In this document: one piece after another, positions 48,122-59,545 of the stretch | Layout: every line of letters starts with the position of its first letter | Numbering within the stretch: the first letter of the stretch is position 1 | DNA from: Mustelus asterias | Taxonomy: Eukaryota | Reading direction: 5' to 3' | Assembly: GCF_964213995.1 (NCBI RefSeq) | Contig: NC_135816.1 | Span: 60,574,001-60,638,000, forward strand | Length of the DNA: 64,000 bases | The notes under the pieces: generated by a model | The model's database searches: none | The model's input: the letters and a program-made list of their open reading frames with translations, nothing else | What the model was told of the DNA's origin: nothing | Position numbers and translations under genes: made by a program

Positions 48122-49715
48122 CTTTTTTTGTTCCAAAAATATACTTTGTTCGTAAGGAATCTACAAAAATATTACAAACATTACAAAAGGCTATCATACA
48201 AAATACAATAATGGCCGTGATTCTCCCATCCGCGCCCGCCACTTTCCTGGCGGGTCCGGCCCGGGAGATGCGCGTCTGCGGCCTTGAACAGGGATTTGCG
48301 CATGCGCGGGGAACACATGCGCATCTTCCAGAGCCGCTGAGCAGTCACCGGTCAGACCATACTGGAAACCGGCAGGAAGCAGATAAGTAATATAAATCTT
48401 TGTTTAATCTATTTTAAATATGTAGATTAGTTAATTATTGGGACCTTTCAGGTCCCGATCGAATCTCCCATCCCGCCAAGAGTACTTCGTTCCGGCAGGA
48501 TTCAGACTAGCTCCCCACGTTCGGAGAACCAGCGGGAGACCCCTGGGTTTTTTATGAGATTCTGGTGATGAGACATTCTGCCAACTGAATCTCACAGTCA
48601 GCTGAGGGAACCAATTAACAGGATCCACCATCTCCTTTTCCCATAAGGTCTCTACGACATTGCGTGCAGGCCACTGCTTAATGGATGTGTGGTAAAAGGT
48701 GTTTTTCCGCATAAACTTTTCCATGAAGGACTGGTGGTCTAACTACTTGGACCGTTCTGCAGCAACTTGGCCAGACCCATACTTTGTTATACAGGAGATA
48801 GGACGAATCTCAGTACGCAGTGACACTTGATATTTGTGTACTGAGGATCTATGCACAGCTTGATGCAACCACATACAAAGTTGGCCATCAGGGGTAGGGT
48901 GATGTTGGGAACATTTCCCCCCTCTTATCTGGAGGTTTGTCCATTTCGTCCCTTTGAACACGGTCCAGTTTTGACCCCCAGATGAAGTGGAAAATGGCTC
49001 GGGTGATTTCCACAGTGCAGGAGTGGGGAATGGGCCAGACCTGTGCTATGTGCAGCAACACCGAGAGTGCCTCATATTTGATGACCAGGTTCCTACCTGC
49101 AATGGAGAGGGAGATCACTCCCTCATGCCAAGTTTTTGGCTCATTATACCTACTTGCTCCCTCCAGTTTCTAATGCATGCCCTGGCCCCTCCAAACCATA
49201 TCCGCAGCCCCCTTAGACCGTCTGTCCTGACAGTAAAGGGGACAAAGGGTTGGTCTGCCAAGTTCCCAAAGAATATGGCCTTGCTCTTGTCAAAATTTAC
49301 CCTGGCGTCTGAGGTAGGTTCGAACTAGTCGCAGACGTTGATCAGTTTGTGTACCGACAGTGGATCCGAGCAAAAGACGGTGACGTCATCCATGTACAGG
49401 GAGACTTTGGCCTGAGTGCCTCTGCTGCCTGGGATTGTCATGCCTCTTATGCCTAAATCCTTCCTGATGGACTCAGCAAAGGGATCTAGGCAACATTCGG
49501 ACAGGAAGGGAGAGAGAGGGCAGCCCTGCCTGACTTCAGATTTAATTGGAAAGTTTTCTGATTCTCACCCATTGATTGAAATTGCCCTGCTGATGTTTGT
49601 GTGGAGCAATTTTGGATTCCCGCCCCAACCTCAATTTGGAGAGTACATCCACCATAGAGGTGTGCGATATTCTGTCAAAGGCTTTCTCCTGGTCCAGGCT
49701 GATGAGGCCGATGTC
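48122..49715 (-). mobile_element. Tx1/L1-clade LINE fragment with a nested Harbinger-like piece (~48211-48550)
   Basis: SLDQEKAFDRISH, VRQGCPLS, LYMDDVTVF, GRNLVIK. Poly-A-like end near 48122. Confidence 0.8.
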
Positions 49716-51224
49716 CCATCAGAAAACAAAAATGACAACCAACATTGGTCACACTTCAATTGAGTTTAGCAAAGATTTTGTCCTCGTAAGTGCCACCTCT
49801 GGGTTTGACTTGCGAATAATCGGCACATTAGCCATATGACTTGACAAAATCTGAAGCCTGACACATATTTAGATCAATCTGAGTGGTATTTTTCCAATTC
49901 TTACAGCTCTCCACTTCCAATGTTAACCCGTGACGAAACTTTGGTACTTACCTTACATTTAAATCGGTGGTTCGAGTTGCAAACTCCAGTTCCCGGCAAG
50001 GCACTTGACTCCTGCTCATGCCGGGAACTGGCTGCACATGCACAGTTACTGCTTTTTCTTTCTCCTTCTATAGGTCAGGAACCTGCCCTGAACACCTGTG
50101 AAGAAGAAATGGAAGCACAGACTGAAGTGATGTGAGACTGCAGGCTAGATGAGCTGAATCAGATTGCCATTCAAAACAAAATGTCCCACAGAGGAGGACA
50201 TGGGAAAAGGGACAGGGAGAGATCACAGAAGAAAGTCGCAGCTAGGGACAAAAGGCAGGGATCAGAAAGATGTCTAAGACAGCCTCAGGTAAGAGACAAA
50301 GGCAAAGGCCAAAAACAGATCCTGTTAAGTAACACTGAGAGACAGGAGCAGAGGAATAGGCTCTGAGTTAAAGAGAGAGCTGCAGGAAGCATACTTGAAT
50401 GAAAGTGGGCTTGAGAGAAACCTGAAACATCTGAAGAGGCAGCTAAAGGTTGGTGACTTCTGACTGTAGGCCTTTTGGAAAAGGGAACTTCTTGGTAAAC
50501 AAAATTATTAATCATTGCGCAGTGGCTCTTATTGGCTGCAAATTACAGTGACCTCAGAGAACTTCACATGTGCTGAATGAACCATTGCTCTGCTGCAGTA
50601 ACAAGGTGGTGGAATGGGTTCACAAACAACTTGAGACTAAAATAGCGTAAAGTACAATTTATTTCTATAATCTCTTTACATGAGGCCAAATCTTCTGGTC
50701 TCTAGATTGTCAGAGACCAGACATACAACCAAAGATGCTTCTTGGAGCCCTGTGAACTCCAATCACACGGACCTTCTTGAGAATTGCCTGGGAAGTCCAA
50801 TGGGCAATTCCCCTGCTCTCCAGGACCCTCAGCAAATGTCTCCGACTCTGAGTTGAATCAGAGACTTCAGACATATCAGTGGGACTTAACCTGGATAAAT
50901 TAGAGAGATTAAATCCTTGTCTAACACCTGACCACAACTGATCCCCCAATCACCCCCGAACTCACTGACTACATTCACCTCATCCCGATTACCCCACTGA
51001 CTCACCAACTACCCTCCCCGACCCTCAACTACCCCCCTACCTTCAATCACCTGACTTCCCAACTACCCCCCACAACTGCCGACTATGCCATGATCCCTGA
51101 CTACACAAGTTTCCCCCAACCAGGTCCAACTAGCTCACTGACTGCCTGTCCGGCTAACCCCTGACCCGACCTGACTACCCCCGCAATCAGACCCAACTGT
51201 CCCCTGTGAGCACCAGATTACCTA

Positions 51225-51500
51225 CCTCTCAACTCACCTACCACCTCACACTCCTATCCACATTATTCACGTACCATTTCTCACACCTACCCACATTACC
51301 TATGTACCTACCCCCATTACCCACGTACCATCTCACACACCTACTCACATTACCCACGTACCACCTCACACACCTACCCACATTACCCACCTACCAGCTC
51401 ACACACCTACCCACACTACCCCCATACCACCTCACACACCTATCCATATTACACCCATACCACCTCAGTAGTCTACCCACTTACCCACCCTCCTATTAAC
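51225..51500. repeat. ~33-bp C/A-rich minisatellite
   Basis: Repeated CCACCTCACACACCTACCCACATTACCCACGTA. Confidence 0.8.
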
Positions 51501-51789
51501 TCACTCATCCACTCACTCACTCTTTCACGAACACTCAGACTGGACTTTTAAACGTACCTTATGGCAGCCAGTTCCATCAAAGGAGAGCATGTCCCCTGTC
51601 TTCTCCCGACTCTGCTCTGATGGAGTTCCCCCAATGGATGCTGCGCTGCTCACTTCTGGGAAAGAGGGGCCTGGGCAATCCTGGAAGAAATGCTCAGCAG
51701 CACCAAGAGAAATCTTCAAGCTAAGCGGCACCCCGACAATCATCGTCATTGCTTGGAAGATCTGACTTTTACTGTTTTCACTGACATAT

Positions 51790-52370
51790 TGTCCATACAT
51801 AATGCAGTGCTCTGAGGATGCACTTCAATGAGGCAGATAAACCAATTGCAAGAAGTAGATGATTTTAATAGAGTTTATTCACCACTGATTTCCTAAGGAT
51901 AGTTACGGCTGTGCTTCTATTTATGGTGTATGTCAGCACCTAATGGCAAACATTCCACTTAATTAAAGATGTCAAGGATGCAGTGCTGCAGCTCACTCAT
52001 CGCCTCAAGGACCCTCCGTCAAAAAATGACACATCACAAGTTTCGGGGTGAGGAAAGGCTGAAGGCTGTATTTATTGCAGTCCATTGGGAGTAGCACTTT
52101 CCAAAAACTGTCTGTGATTTTAATGGATTTTTTTTAATGGCGCATCCTCTCATTTGTAGAAGGTGCAGCAATGGATTAATATATTCCCTGAAAGAGAATA
52201 AAGTACATGCCAGTCTGCTTTTTGGAAATCTGGCTTCAACACACAGGAGAAACAGAGTGTCAACAATACAGAGGGTGGGAGTTGGGGTGGATGGTGGTTC
52301 TGTTCACACTGCAGACCATGTACGGCTCCAGTGTTCCGCACTCTGTAGACTTTTGATACTTGAACAGACA
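51790..52370 (-). pseudogene. Candidate decayed exon
   Basis: Long frame with sparse stops: ...VLLTLCFSCVLKPDFQKADWHVLYSLSGNILIHCCTFYK*...F*RRVLEAMSELQHCILDIFN*VECLPLG. Confidence 0.35.
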
Positions 52371-52815
52371 CAAGCAGAGAGTTAACCTTTTATATTTCTG
52401 CTTCATGCTTTGGGGTCAATTCAAGTTGCTCAGCATCAGAGGCAGCATTTGAAAGTAAATTTGTCAGGATGGACCAGTGAGGGCGAAAGTTTAAACTAAA
52501 ATTTAAAAAAACAGGATAAAAATAGCAAAAATTAGATGAGAGCTTGAGGGACAAGTGGATGAATTAAAATCTCATGGTATAATATTCATAAGATATATCA
52601 CGCAGAAACAGGCCATTCTGCCCAGCTAGTCCAAGATAGCATTACTCTGTATTCAAGCCCCCTTCTGTCCTTTCTCATTTAACTGTATCAGCCTTACAAT
52701 TTATACCCTTCTCCCTCATATGGTAATTCAGCTTTCCCTGAAATGTATCAATACTATTCACTTCAACTACTCCCTGAGATATTGGGTTCCACATGCTCAG
52801 CACTCTCTTGATTAA

Positions 52816-53715
52816 AAGTTAGGAATTAGAAGGAGGAGTAGGCCATTTGGCCCCTCAAGTCTGCACCGCCATTCAATAAGATCATGACTGATCTGATTGC
52901 AACCTCTACTCCACATTCCTGCTGACGCCTGATAACCTTTCACCCCATTGCTTATCAAGAGTCTATCCAGCTCTGCCTTGAAAATGTTCAAAGACTCTGC
53001 TTCCACCGCCTTTTCAGGAAGAGTGTTCCAAATGCAACCCTCTTGAGATAAAAAGATTCTCCTCGTCTCTGTCCTAAATGGCGATGGGCCTGGGTATGAT
53101 GGTCTGTCAGAGATTCAGTGCAGACTCGATGGGCTGAATGGCCTCCTTCCACACTGTAGGAATTCTATGATTTTATAAACAGTGACGCTGGGTTCTAGAT
53201 TCTCCCACAAGAGGAAGTGTCTTCTCCTCTTCCACCCTGTCAATATTCCTCAGGATCTTAAAGGTGTCAATTAAGTCATCTCTTCCTAGCCTGTCCAAAC
53301 TTTCTTCATAAAACAACCTGCTCGTTCCCAGTATTAGTTTGGTAAACCTCCCCTGTACTGCTTCCAATGTATTTACATCCTTCCTTAAATACTGTACAAA
53401 ATAATCCAGATGTGATCTCACCAGTGTCCTGTGCAACTGAAGCAAAACCTGCCTACATTTATATTCAATTCCCCTCACAATGAATTATAACATTCTATTA
53501 GCTTTTTTAATTACTTGCTGCACCTTTCTACTAGCCTTTTGCGATTCATGCACTAGGACACCCAGATCCCTCTGCACCTCAGAGTTTTGCAATCTCTCAC
53601 CATTTAGAAAACATACTTTTGCAACCTACCTGCCAACATGAACAATTTCACATTTTCTCACATTATACTCCTTTCCAGAGCTCTGCCCACTCACTTAACT
53701 TACCTATGACCTATT
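52816..53715 (-). mobile_element. Old CR1 fragment with a nested SINE tail (53083-53172, +)
   Basis: RGIEYKCRQVLLQLHRTLVRSHLDY, EAESLNIFKAELDR. Confidence 0.85.
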
Positions 53716-53729
53716 ATAGTCTCCTCACA

Positions 53730-54645
53730 TCCTCTTTACAACTTGACACTCAATGACATTACCATTGCTGGATCCCCCATGATCGACATCCTGAGGGGTT
53801 ACCATTGACCGGAAATGCTCTCGCCTAATCGTATAAATACTGTAGCTACAGGAGCAGATCATAGAATCCCTAGCATCACCACAGTGCAGAAGGAGGCCAT
53901 TTAGCCCATTGAGCCTGCACAGACAACAATCCCACCCAGCTCCTATCCTTGTAAGCCCGCGTATTAACCCTGCTAATCCCCCTGACACTAATGGACAATT
54001 TACCAAAGCTGATCAATTTAACCCGCACATCTTTGGAATGTGGGAGGAGCAAACTCCACACAGACAGGTCAAAGGCTAGGAATCCTGCAGCAAGTAACTC
54101 ACCTCCTGACCCCCCAAAGTCTTGTCCACCATCTATCTACAAGGCACAAGTCAGTAGTGTGGTGGAACACTCTCCACTTGTCTGGATGAATGCAGCTCCA
54201 ACAACACTCAAAAAACTTGACACCCTCTAACGCAAAGCAGCCCACTTAATTGGCACCCCGTTCACAAACATTCATACCCTCCACCACCGACACACTGGCA
54301 GCAGTGTGTACCAACTAGAAGATGCACTGCAGCAACTCACCAAGGGTCCTTCGACAGCACCTTCCAAACCTGCAACTCTACCATCTCGTAGGGCAGCAGC
54401 AGCAGATACATGGGAACACCACTACCCTCAAGTTCCCTTCCAAGCCACCCACCATCCTGACTTGGAACAATATCACTGTTCCTGCACCATTACTGGGTCA
54501 AAATCCTGGAACTCCTTTCCTAACAGTGCTGTAGTTGTACCTAAACCCAGGGACTTCAATAATTGCAGAAGGCAGATCACCATCACCACATTCCCAAGGG
54601 TGATTAAGGATGGACAATTTCCACAGCCAGTGAATGAATAAAATG
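53730..54645 (+). mobile_element. Old LINE 3' fragment with a nested HE1-like SINE (53860-54075, -)
   Basis: IYKAQVSSVVEHSPLVWMNAAPTTLKKLDT. Ends TGAATGAATAAAA. Confidence 0.75.
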
Positions 54646-55436
54646 AAATTTTTTTTAATACAAAATGCCTCTGTCATTTTAACAAATATTAGCCCATTTA
54701 AAATCATGGGAGTGATTTTCCAACCTTGCCGTGCCTGTTGCAGATTGCACCAATCCCAGAGAATAGCGTGCGGGCCTAAAAATAGGTTTCACACCCAGCA
54801 CCAAACAGTTTGCTGGGCCCTTTCTAATGACACAAACCAGTTCATGCCCAGAAAAGTGTGAGGGCGATTAGCATATTTAAAAGTAGCATTTAAATATGAT
54901 GAGGTGAGAATCACTACTGGTCTCCAACAGCAGAGACCTGGCATGATAGTCACGCCTGGAGGCTCGGGGGCTATTGAAGTCCTGGGGTGGTTGGGAACAT
55001 GGTCGGGCAGTCCCCATCAGGCAGTGCCCATCTGGCAGGCCTAACTGACACACTAGCGGTGCCCACCTGGCACACTGGCAATGCCCACCGGACATGTTGG
55101 CAGTGCCAGGTGGACACAGCTGGTGTGTCAGAGGCAGTGCCAGTGCTAGGGAGAGATCCGATGCTGGCAATCTGTGTCAGGAGGGGTGATTTTCCAACCT
55201 CGGCCTGCTGCTGATGAGTTGGGGGTGGGGGGGAGGGGGGGTTGGGGGGGGGGGGGGGGTTGGGGGGAGGGAGGGGGGTGGGGGGGAGTTCCTGATATCT
55301 GTGGGGGGAGGGAGGAGTTCTTCCATTGCACTGTGAGATCAAGGCATCCTTGCGAAACAGCACCTGGGCACTCTGAAGCCAGGCTCACCGATGTTTTTAG
55401 GCCCCACCCTCGTTGTACCAGCATGAGGCTCCCTAG

Positions 55437-57430
55437 TAGGATGTGAGGCAGAAAATAAATCGGAGATAGAAAAAGCATATAAAAAAGGCAACATTACAAT
55501 AATCATGGGGGGGGCTTCAATATGCAGGTGGACTGGGAAAATCAGGTTGGTAGTGGATCCCAAGAAAAGGAATTTGTGGAACATCAAAGAGATGGTTTTT
55601 TGAAGCAGCTTGTGACAAAACCGACTAGGGAACAGGCAATTCTGGATTTGGTGATGTGTAATGAGACAGACTTGATTAGGGAACTTAAGGTGAAGGAACC
55701 CCTAGGGAGCAGTGACCACAATATGATAGCATTTACCCTGTAGTTTGAGAGGGAGAAGCTGGAATCAGATGGAACGGTATTACAATTAAATAAAGGTAAC
55801 TACAAAGCCATGAGGGAGGAGCTGGCCAGAGTTGATTGGAATGGGAGCCTAGCAGGGAAGACAGTGGAACAGCAATGGCAGGAGTTCTGGGGGGTTATTC
55901 GGAAGGCACAACAGAAATTCATCCCAAGGAGGAGGAAACATGCTAAGGGGAGGACGAGGCATCCATGGCTGATGAGGGAAGTCAAGGACAGCATAAAAGG
56001 AAAAGTATACAAAGTGGCGAGGATTAATGGGAAGCCAGAGGATTGGGAAGACTTTAAAAGCGAGCAGAGGACAACTAAAAAAGCAATAAGGGGGGAGAAA
56101 ATGAAATATGAGTGTAAGCTAGCTAGTAATATAAAAGAAGATAAGAGTTTTTCTCAATATATAAAAGGTAAGAGAGAGGCAAAAATAGACATTGGACCAC
56201 TGGAAGATGAGGCTGGAGAAGTAATAATAGAAAGAAATGGCAGAGGAACTGAATAGTTACTTTGCATCAGTCTTCACAGTGGAAGACACCAGTGGGATGC
56301 CAGAGCTCCAGGAGAATCGGGGGCACAGGTGAGGGCACTGGCCATCACTAAGGAGAAGGTTCTGGGGAAGCTGAAAGGTTTGAAGATGGATAGATCACCT
56401 GGATCGGATGGACTACACCCCAGCGTTCTAAAAGAGATAGCTGAGGAAATTGTGGAGGCATTGGTGATGATCTTTCAGGAATCATTGGAGGCAGGGAGGG
56501 ACCCAGAGGACTGGAAAGTAGCTAATGTAACACCACTGTTTATGAAGGAAGGGAGGCAGCAGATGGGAAATTATAGGCCGGTTAGCCTGACTTCGATCAT
56601 TGGCAAGATTTTAGAGTCCATGATTAAAGATGAGATCGCGGAGTACTTGGAAGTGCATGATAAAATAGGACTGAATCAGCACTGCTTCGTCAAGGGGAGG
56701 TCATGTCTGACAAATCTGTTAGAGTTCTTTGGGAGGTAACAAGGAAGTTAGATAAAGGAGAACCAGTGGACGTGATTTATTTAGATTTCCAGAAGGCCTT
56801 TGACAAGGTGCCGCATACGAGACTGTTAAATAAGTTAAGTGCCCATGGTGTTAGGGTAAGATCCTGGCATGGATAGGGGATTGGCTGACTGGCAGAAGGC
56901 AGAGAGTGGGTCTTTTCCAGGATGGCAGCCAGTGACTAGCGGTGTGCCTCAGTAGTCAGTGTTGGGACCACAACTTTTCACAATATACATTAATGATTTG
57001 GAGGAAGGAATTGAAGGCACTGTTGCTAAGTTTGCAGATGATACAAAGATATGTAGAGGGACAAGTAGTATTGAGGAAGCAGGGGGGCTGCAGAAGGACT
57101 TGGACAGGTTAGCAGAGTGGGCAAAGAAGTGGCAGATGGAATACAATGTGGAAAAGTGTGAGGTTATGCACTTTGGAAGGAGGAATGGAGGCATAGACTA
57201 TTTTCTAAATGCTTAGGAAATCAGAAACACAAAGGGACTTGGGAGTCCTTGTTCAAGATTCTTTTAAAGTTAACATGCAGGTTCAGTCGGCAGTTAGGAA
57301 GGCAAATGCAATGTTCGCATTCATGTCAAGAGGGCTAGAATACAAGAGCAGGGATGTACTTCTGAGGCTGTACTAGGCTCTGGTCAGACCCCATTTGGAA
57401 TATTGTGAGCAGTTTTAGACCCTGTATCTA
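55437..57430 (+). mobile_element. Degenerate CR1 ORF2 (partial endonuclease plus RT)
   Basis: SSDHNMI, NYRPVSLTS, DFQKAFDKV, FADDTK, with several frameshifts. Confidence 0.93.
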
Positions 57431-57510
57431 AAAAGTAGAGTGTAGGAGGATTGCGGTGCAGAGCACACTTGAGAGACAGCCGTGGATTACTCCATTGTTC
57501 TCACCATTTT

Positions 57511-58252
57511 CATAGAATCTCTACAGTGCAGAAGGAACCCATTTGGTCCATTGAGCCTGCACTGGTAACAATCCCACCCAGGCTCTTTCCCCATAACCCC
57601 ACATATTTACCCACACATCTTTGTACTCTGGAAGGAATCCAGAGCACCCGGAGGAAACCCACGCAGACACAGAGAGAATGTGCAGGCTCCACGCAGACAG
57701 TGACCCAAGGTTGGAATTGAATCCGGATCCCTGGCACTGTGAGGCACAGTAAGAAGTCTCACAAAAACCAGGTTAAAGTCCAACAGGTTCATTTGGTAGC
57801 AAATACCATAAGCTTTCAGAGCACTGCTCCTTCGTCAGATGGAGTGGATATCTGCTTTCAAACAGTGCACAGACACAGAAATCAAGTTACAGAATACTAA
57901 TTAGAATGCAAATCTCTAAAGCCAGCCAGGTCTTAAAGGTACAGACAATGTGGGTGGAGGGAGAATTCAACACAGGTTAAAGAGATGTGTATTGTCTCCA
58001 GACAGAACAGCTAGTGAGATTCTACAAGCCCAGGAGGCAAGCTGTGGGGGTTACTGATAATGTGACATAAATCCAACATCCCCGTTTAGGCCGTCCTCAT
58101 GTGTGCGGAACTTGGCTATCAGTTTCTACTCAGTGACTCTGCGCTGTCGTGTGTCGTGAAGGCCGCCTTGGAGAACGCTTACCTGAATATCCAAGGCTGA
58201 ATGAGGCTCAATCCAAGGCAGCAGTACTAACCACTGTGCCACCATGCCGCCC
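57511..58252 (-). mobile_element. HE1-like SINE split by a Penelope fragment (57746-~58215)
   Basis: SINE halves joined by an AGGCA duplication. The Penelope carries a GIY-YIG C-terminus (RRVTE*KLIAKFRTHEDGLNG) and a 3' hammerhead. Confidence 0.82.
57806..57842 (-). ncRNA. Minimal hammerhead ribozyme motif
   Basis: CCAU-CUGACGA-A-GGAGC-agu-GCUCU-GAAA-GC-UU-AUGG. Stem I covaries with the 36235 copy. Confidence 0.75.
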
Positions 58253-58739
58253 ACGATGACACTGGTATTTTTTTGGGAGAATTGCACCCCATATTTCACA
58301 TTTCAAATTTGATATTACATGATTCTTTTTATAACTTACTGTTAAAATTCTCATAATTCTGCTGCTCCTGACAATCAAGCAATTTTTATAGCTGTAACAT
58401 CAACATTTATTTCTGAAACAGTGGTCTGTCAAATAGCCCTGTCCTGGCACACTGGAATTTCTCTGAACCAGCCAACACTTTAATGATTAACATTTCACTT
58501 TCAGGTCAACTGCATTGACATTATAAGATGTCATTGGTGCAAAGAACTTTCACATTGATGCGAAATTTGCTCAGTGTAAATCAAATCTCAAGACTTCTTC
58601 TGCCGCAAAAGTGAGATGGAATGAGCTGCCCCATTCCAATTAATTTCACTCCAATGGCTTCCGCTGTCAGCTCGATCCTGACTCCAGATTCAGATAGTAT
58701 TCACACTATAACTGCAGTTTCATTATACAGCAGAACTAC

Positions 58740-59545
58740 AGGAGGTAGGTTCAAAACTGAGACAAGGAGAAACTACTTCTCTCAGAGGGCTGTGAATCTG
58801 TGCAATTCACTGCCCCAGAGTACAGTGAAGGCAGAATCAATCAACAGATTCAAGAAAGGGGTCGATGTGTTTCTGATAGAAAGTGGGATAACGTGTTATG
58901 GGGAGCAGGCTGGAAAGTGGAGTTGAGACCAGGATAGAATCATGGAGGTTTACAGCATGGAACAGGCCCTTCGGCCCAACGTGTCCATGCCGTCCTTTTT
59001 TTTCACCACCAAGCTCATCCCAATTGCCCGCATTTTGCCCATATCCCTCTATACCCATCTTACCCAGGCTTCTTCAAAGACAAAATTGTACCCGCCTCTA
59101 CTACTACCTCTGGTAGCTTGTTCCAGACACTCACCACCCTCTGTATGAAAAAATTGCCCCTCTGGACCCTTTTGTATCTCTCCCCTCTCACCTTAAACCT
59201 ATGCCCTCTAGTTTTAGACTCCCCTACTTTTGGGAAAAGGTGTTAACTGTCTAACTGATCTATGTCCCTCATCCTTTTATAGACCTCTATAAGTTCACCC
59301 CTAAGTCTCCTACGCTCCAGGGAAAAAAGTCCCAGTCTATCCAGACTCTCCATATAACTCAAATCATTAAGTCCCAGTAGCATCCTAGTAAATCTTTTCT
59401 GCATTCTTTCTAGTTTAATAATATCCTTTCTATAATAGAGTGACCAGAACTGCACACAACTGGACATGGCTGATAAGATCAACTAGGATCATGCTTAATG
59501 GCAGAGTGGGCTCAAAGGATTAAATTACCTACTCCCACTCCTAAT
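58740..59545. mobile_element. CR1 3' end (+) interrupted by an antisense CR1 3' fragment (58935-59459, -)
   Basis: ETRRNYFSQRAVNL on +; CVQFWSLYYRKDIIKLERMQ on -. Confidence 0.85.

Larger units (their letters stand above)
47620..49930 (-). pseudogene. Decayed exon split by Tx1 and CR1 insertions (49930-49716, 48121-48010, 47831-~47620)
   Basis: ELETWEFQKKSDCCHSIRAVSCVIMNIVSLADSNSHIF continues in frame across the CR1 (ATATTT duplication) as QRKTSLKVIFLKYGSLHYHYQAQLYQFSSSLSSRSDWEMQLKSQY. Confidence 0.45.

Noticed and set aside
55218-55290. G-rich tract encoding a poly-Pro/poly-Gly ORF
   Set aside because: Low-complexity interior of a DNA-transposon-like repeat. It is G4-capable but shows no evidence of coding function.
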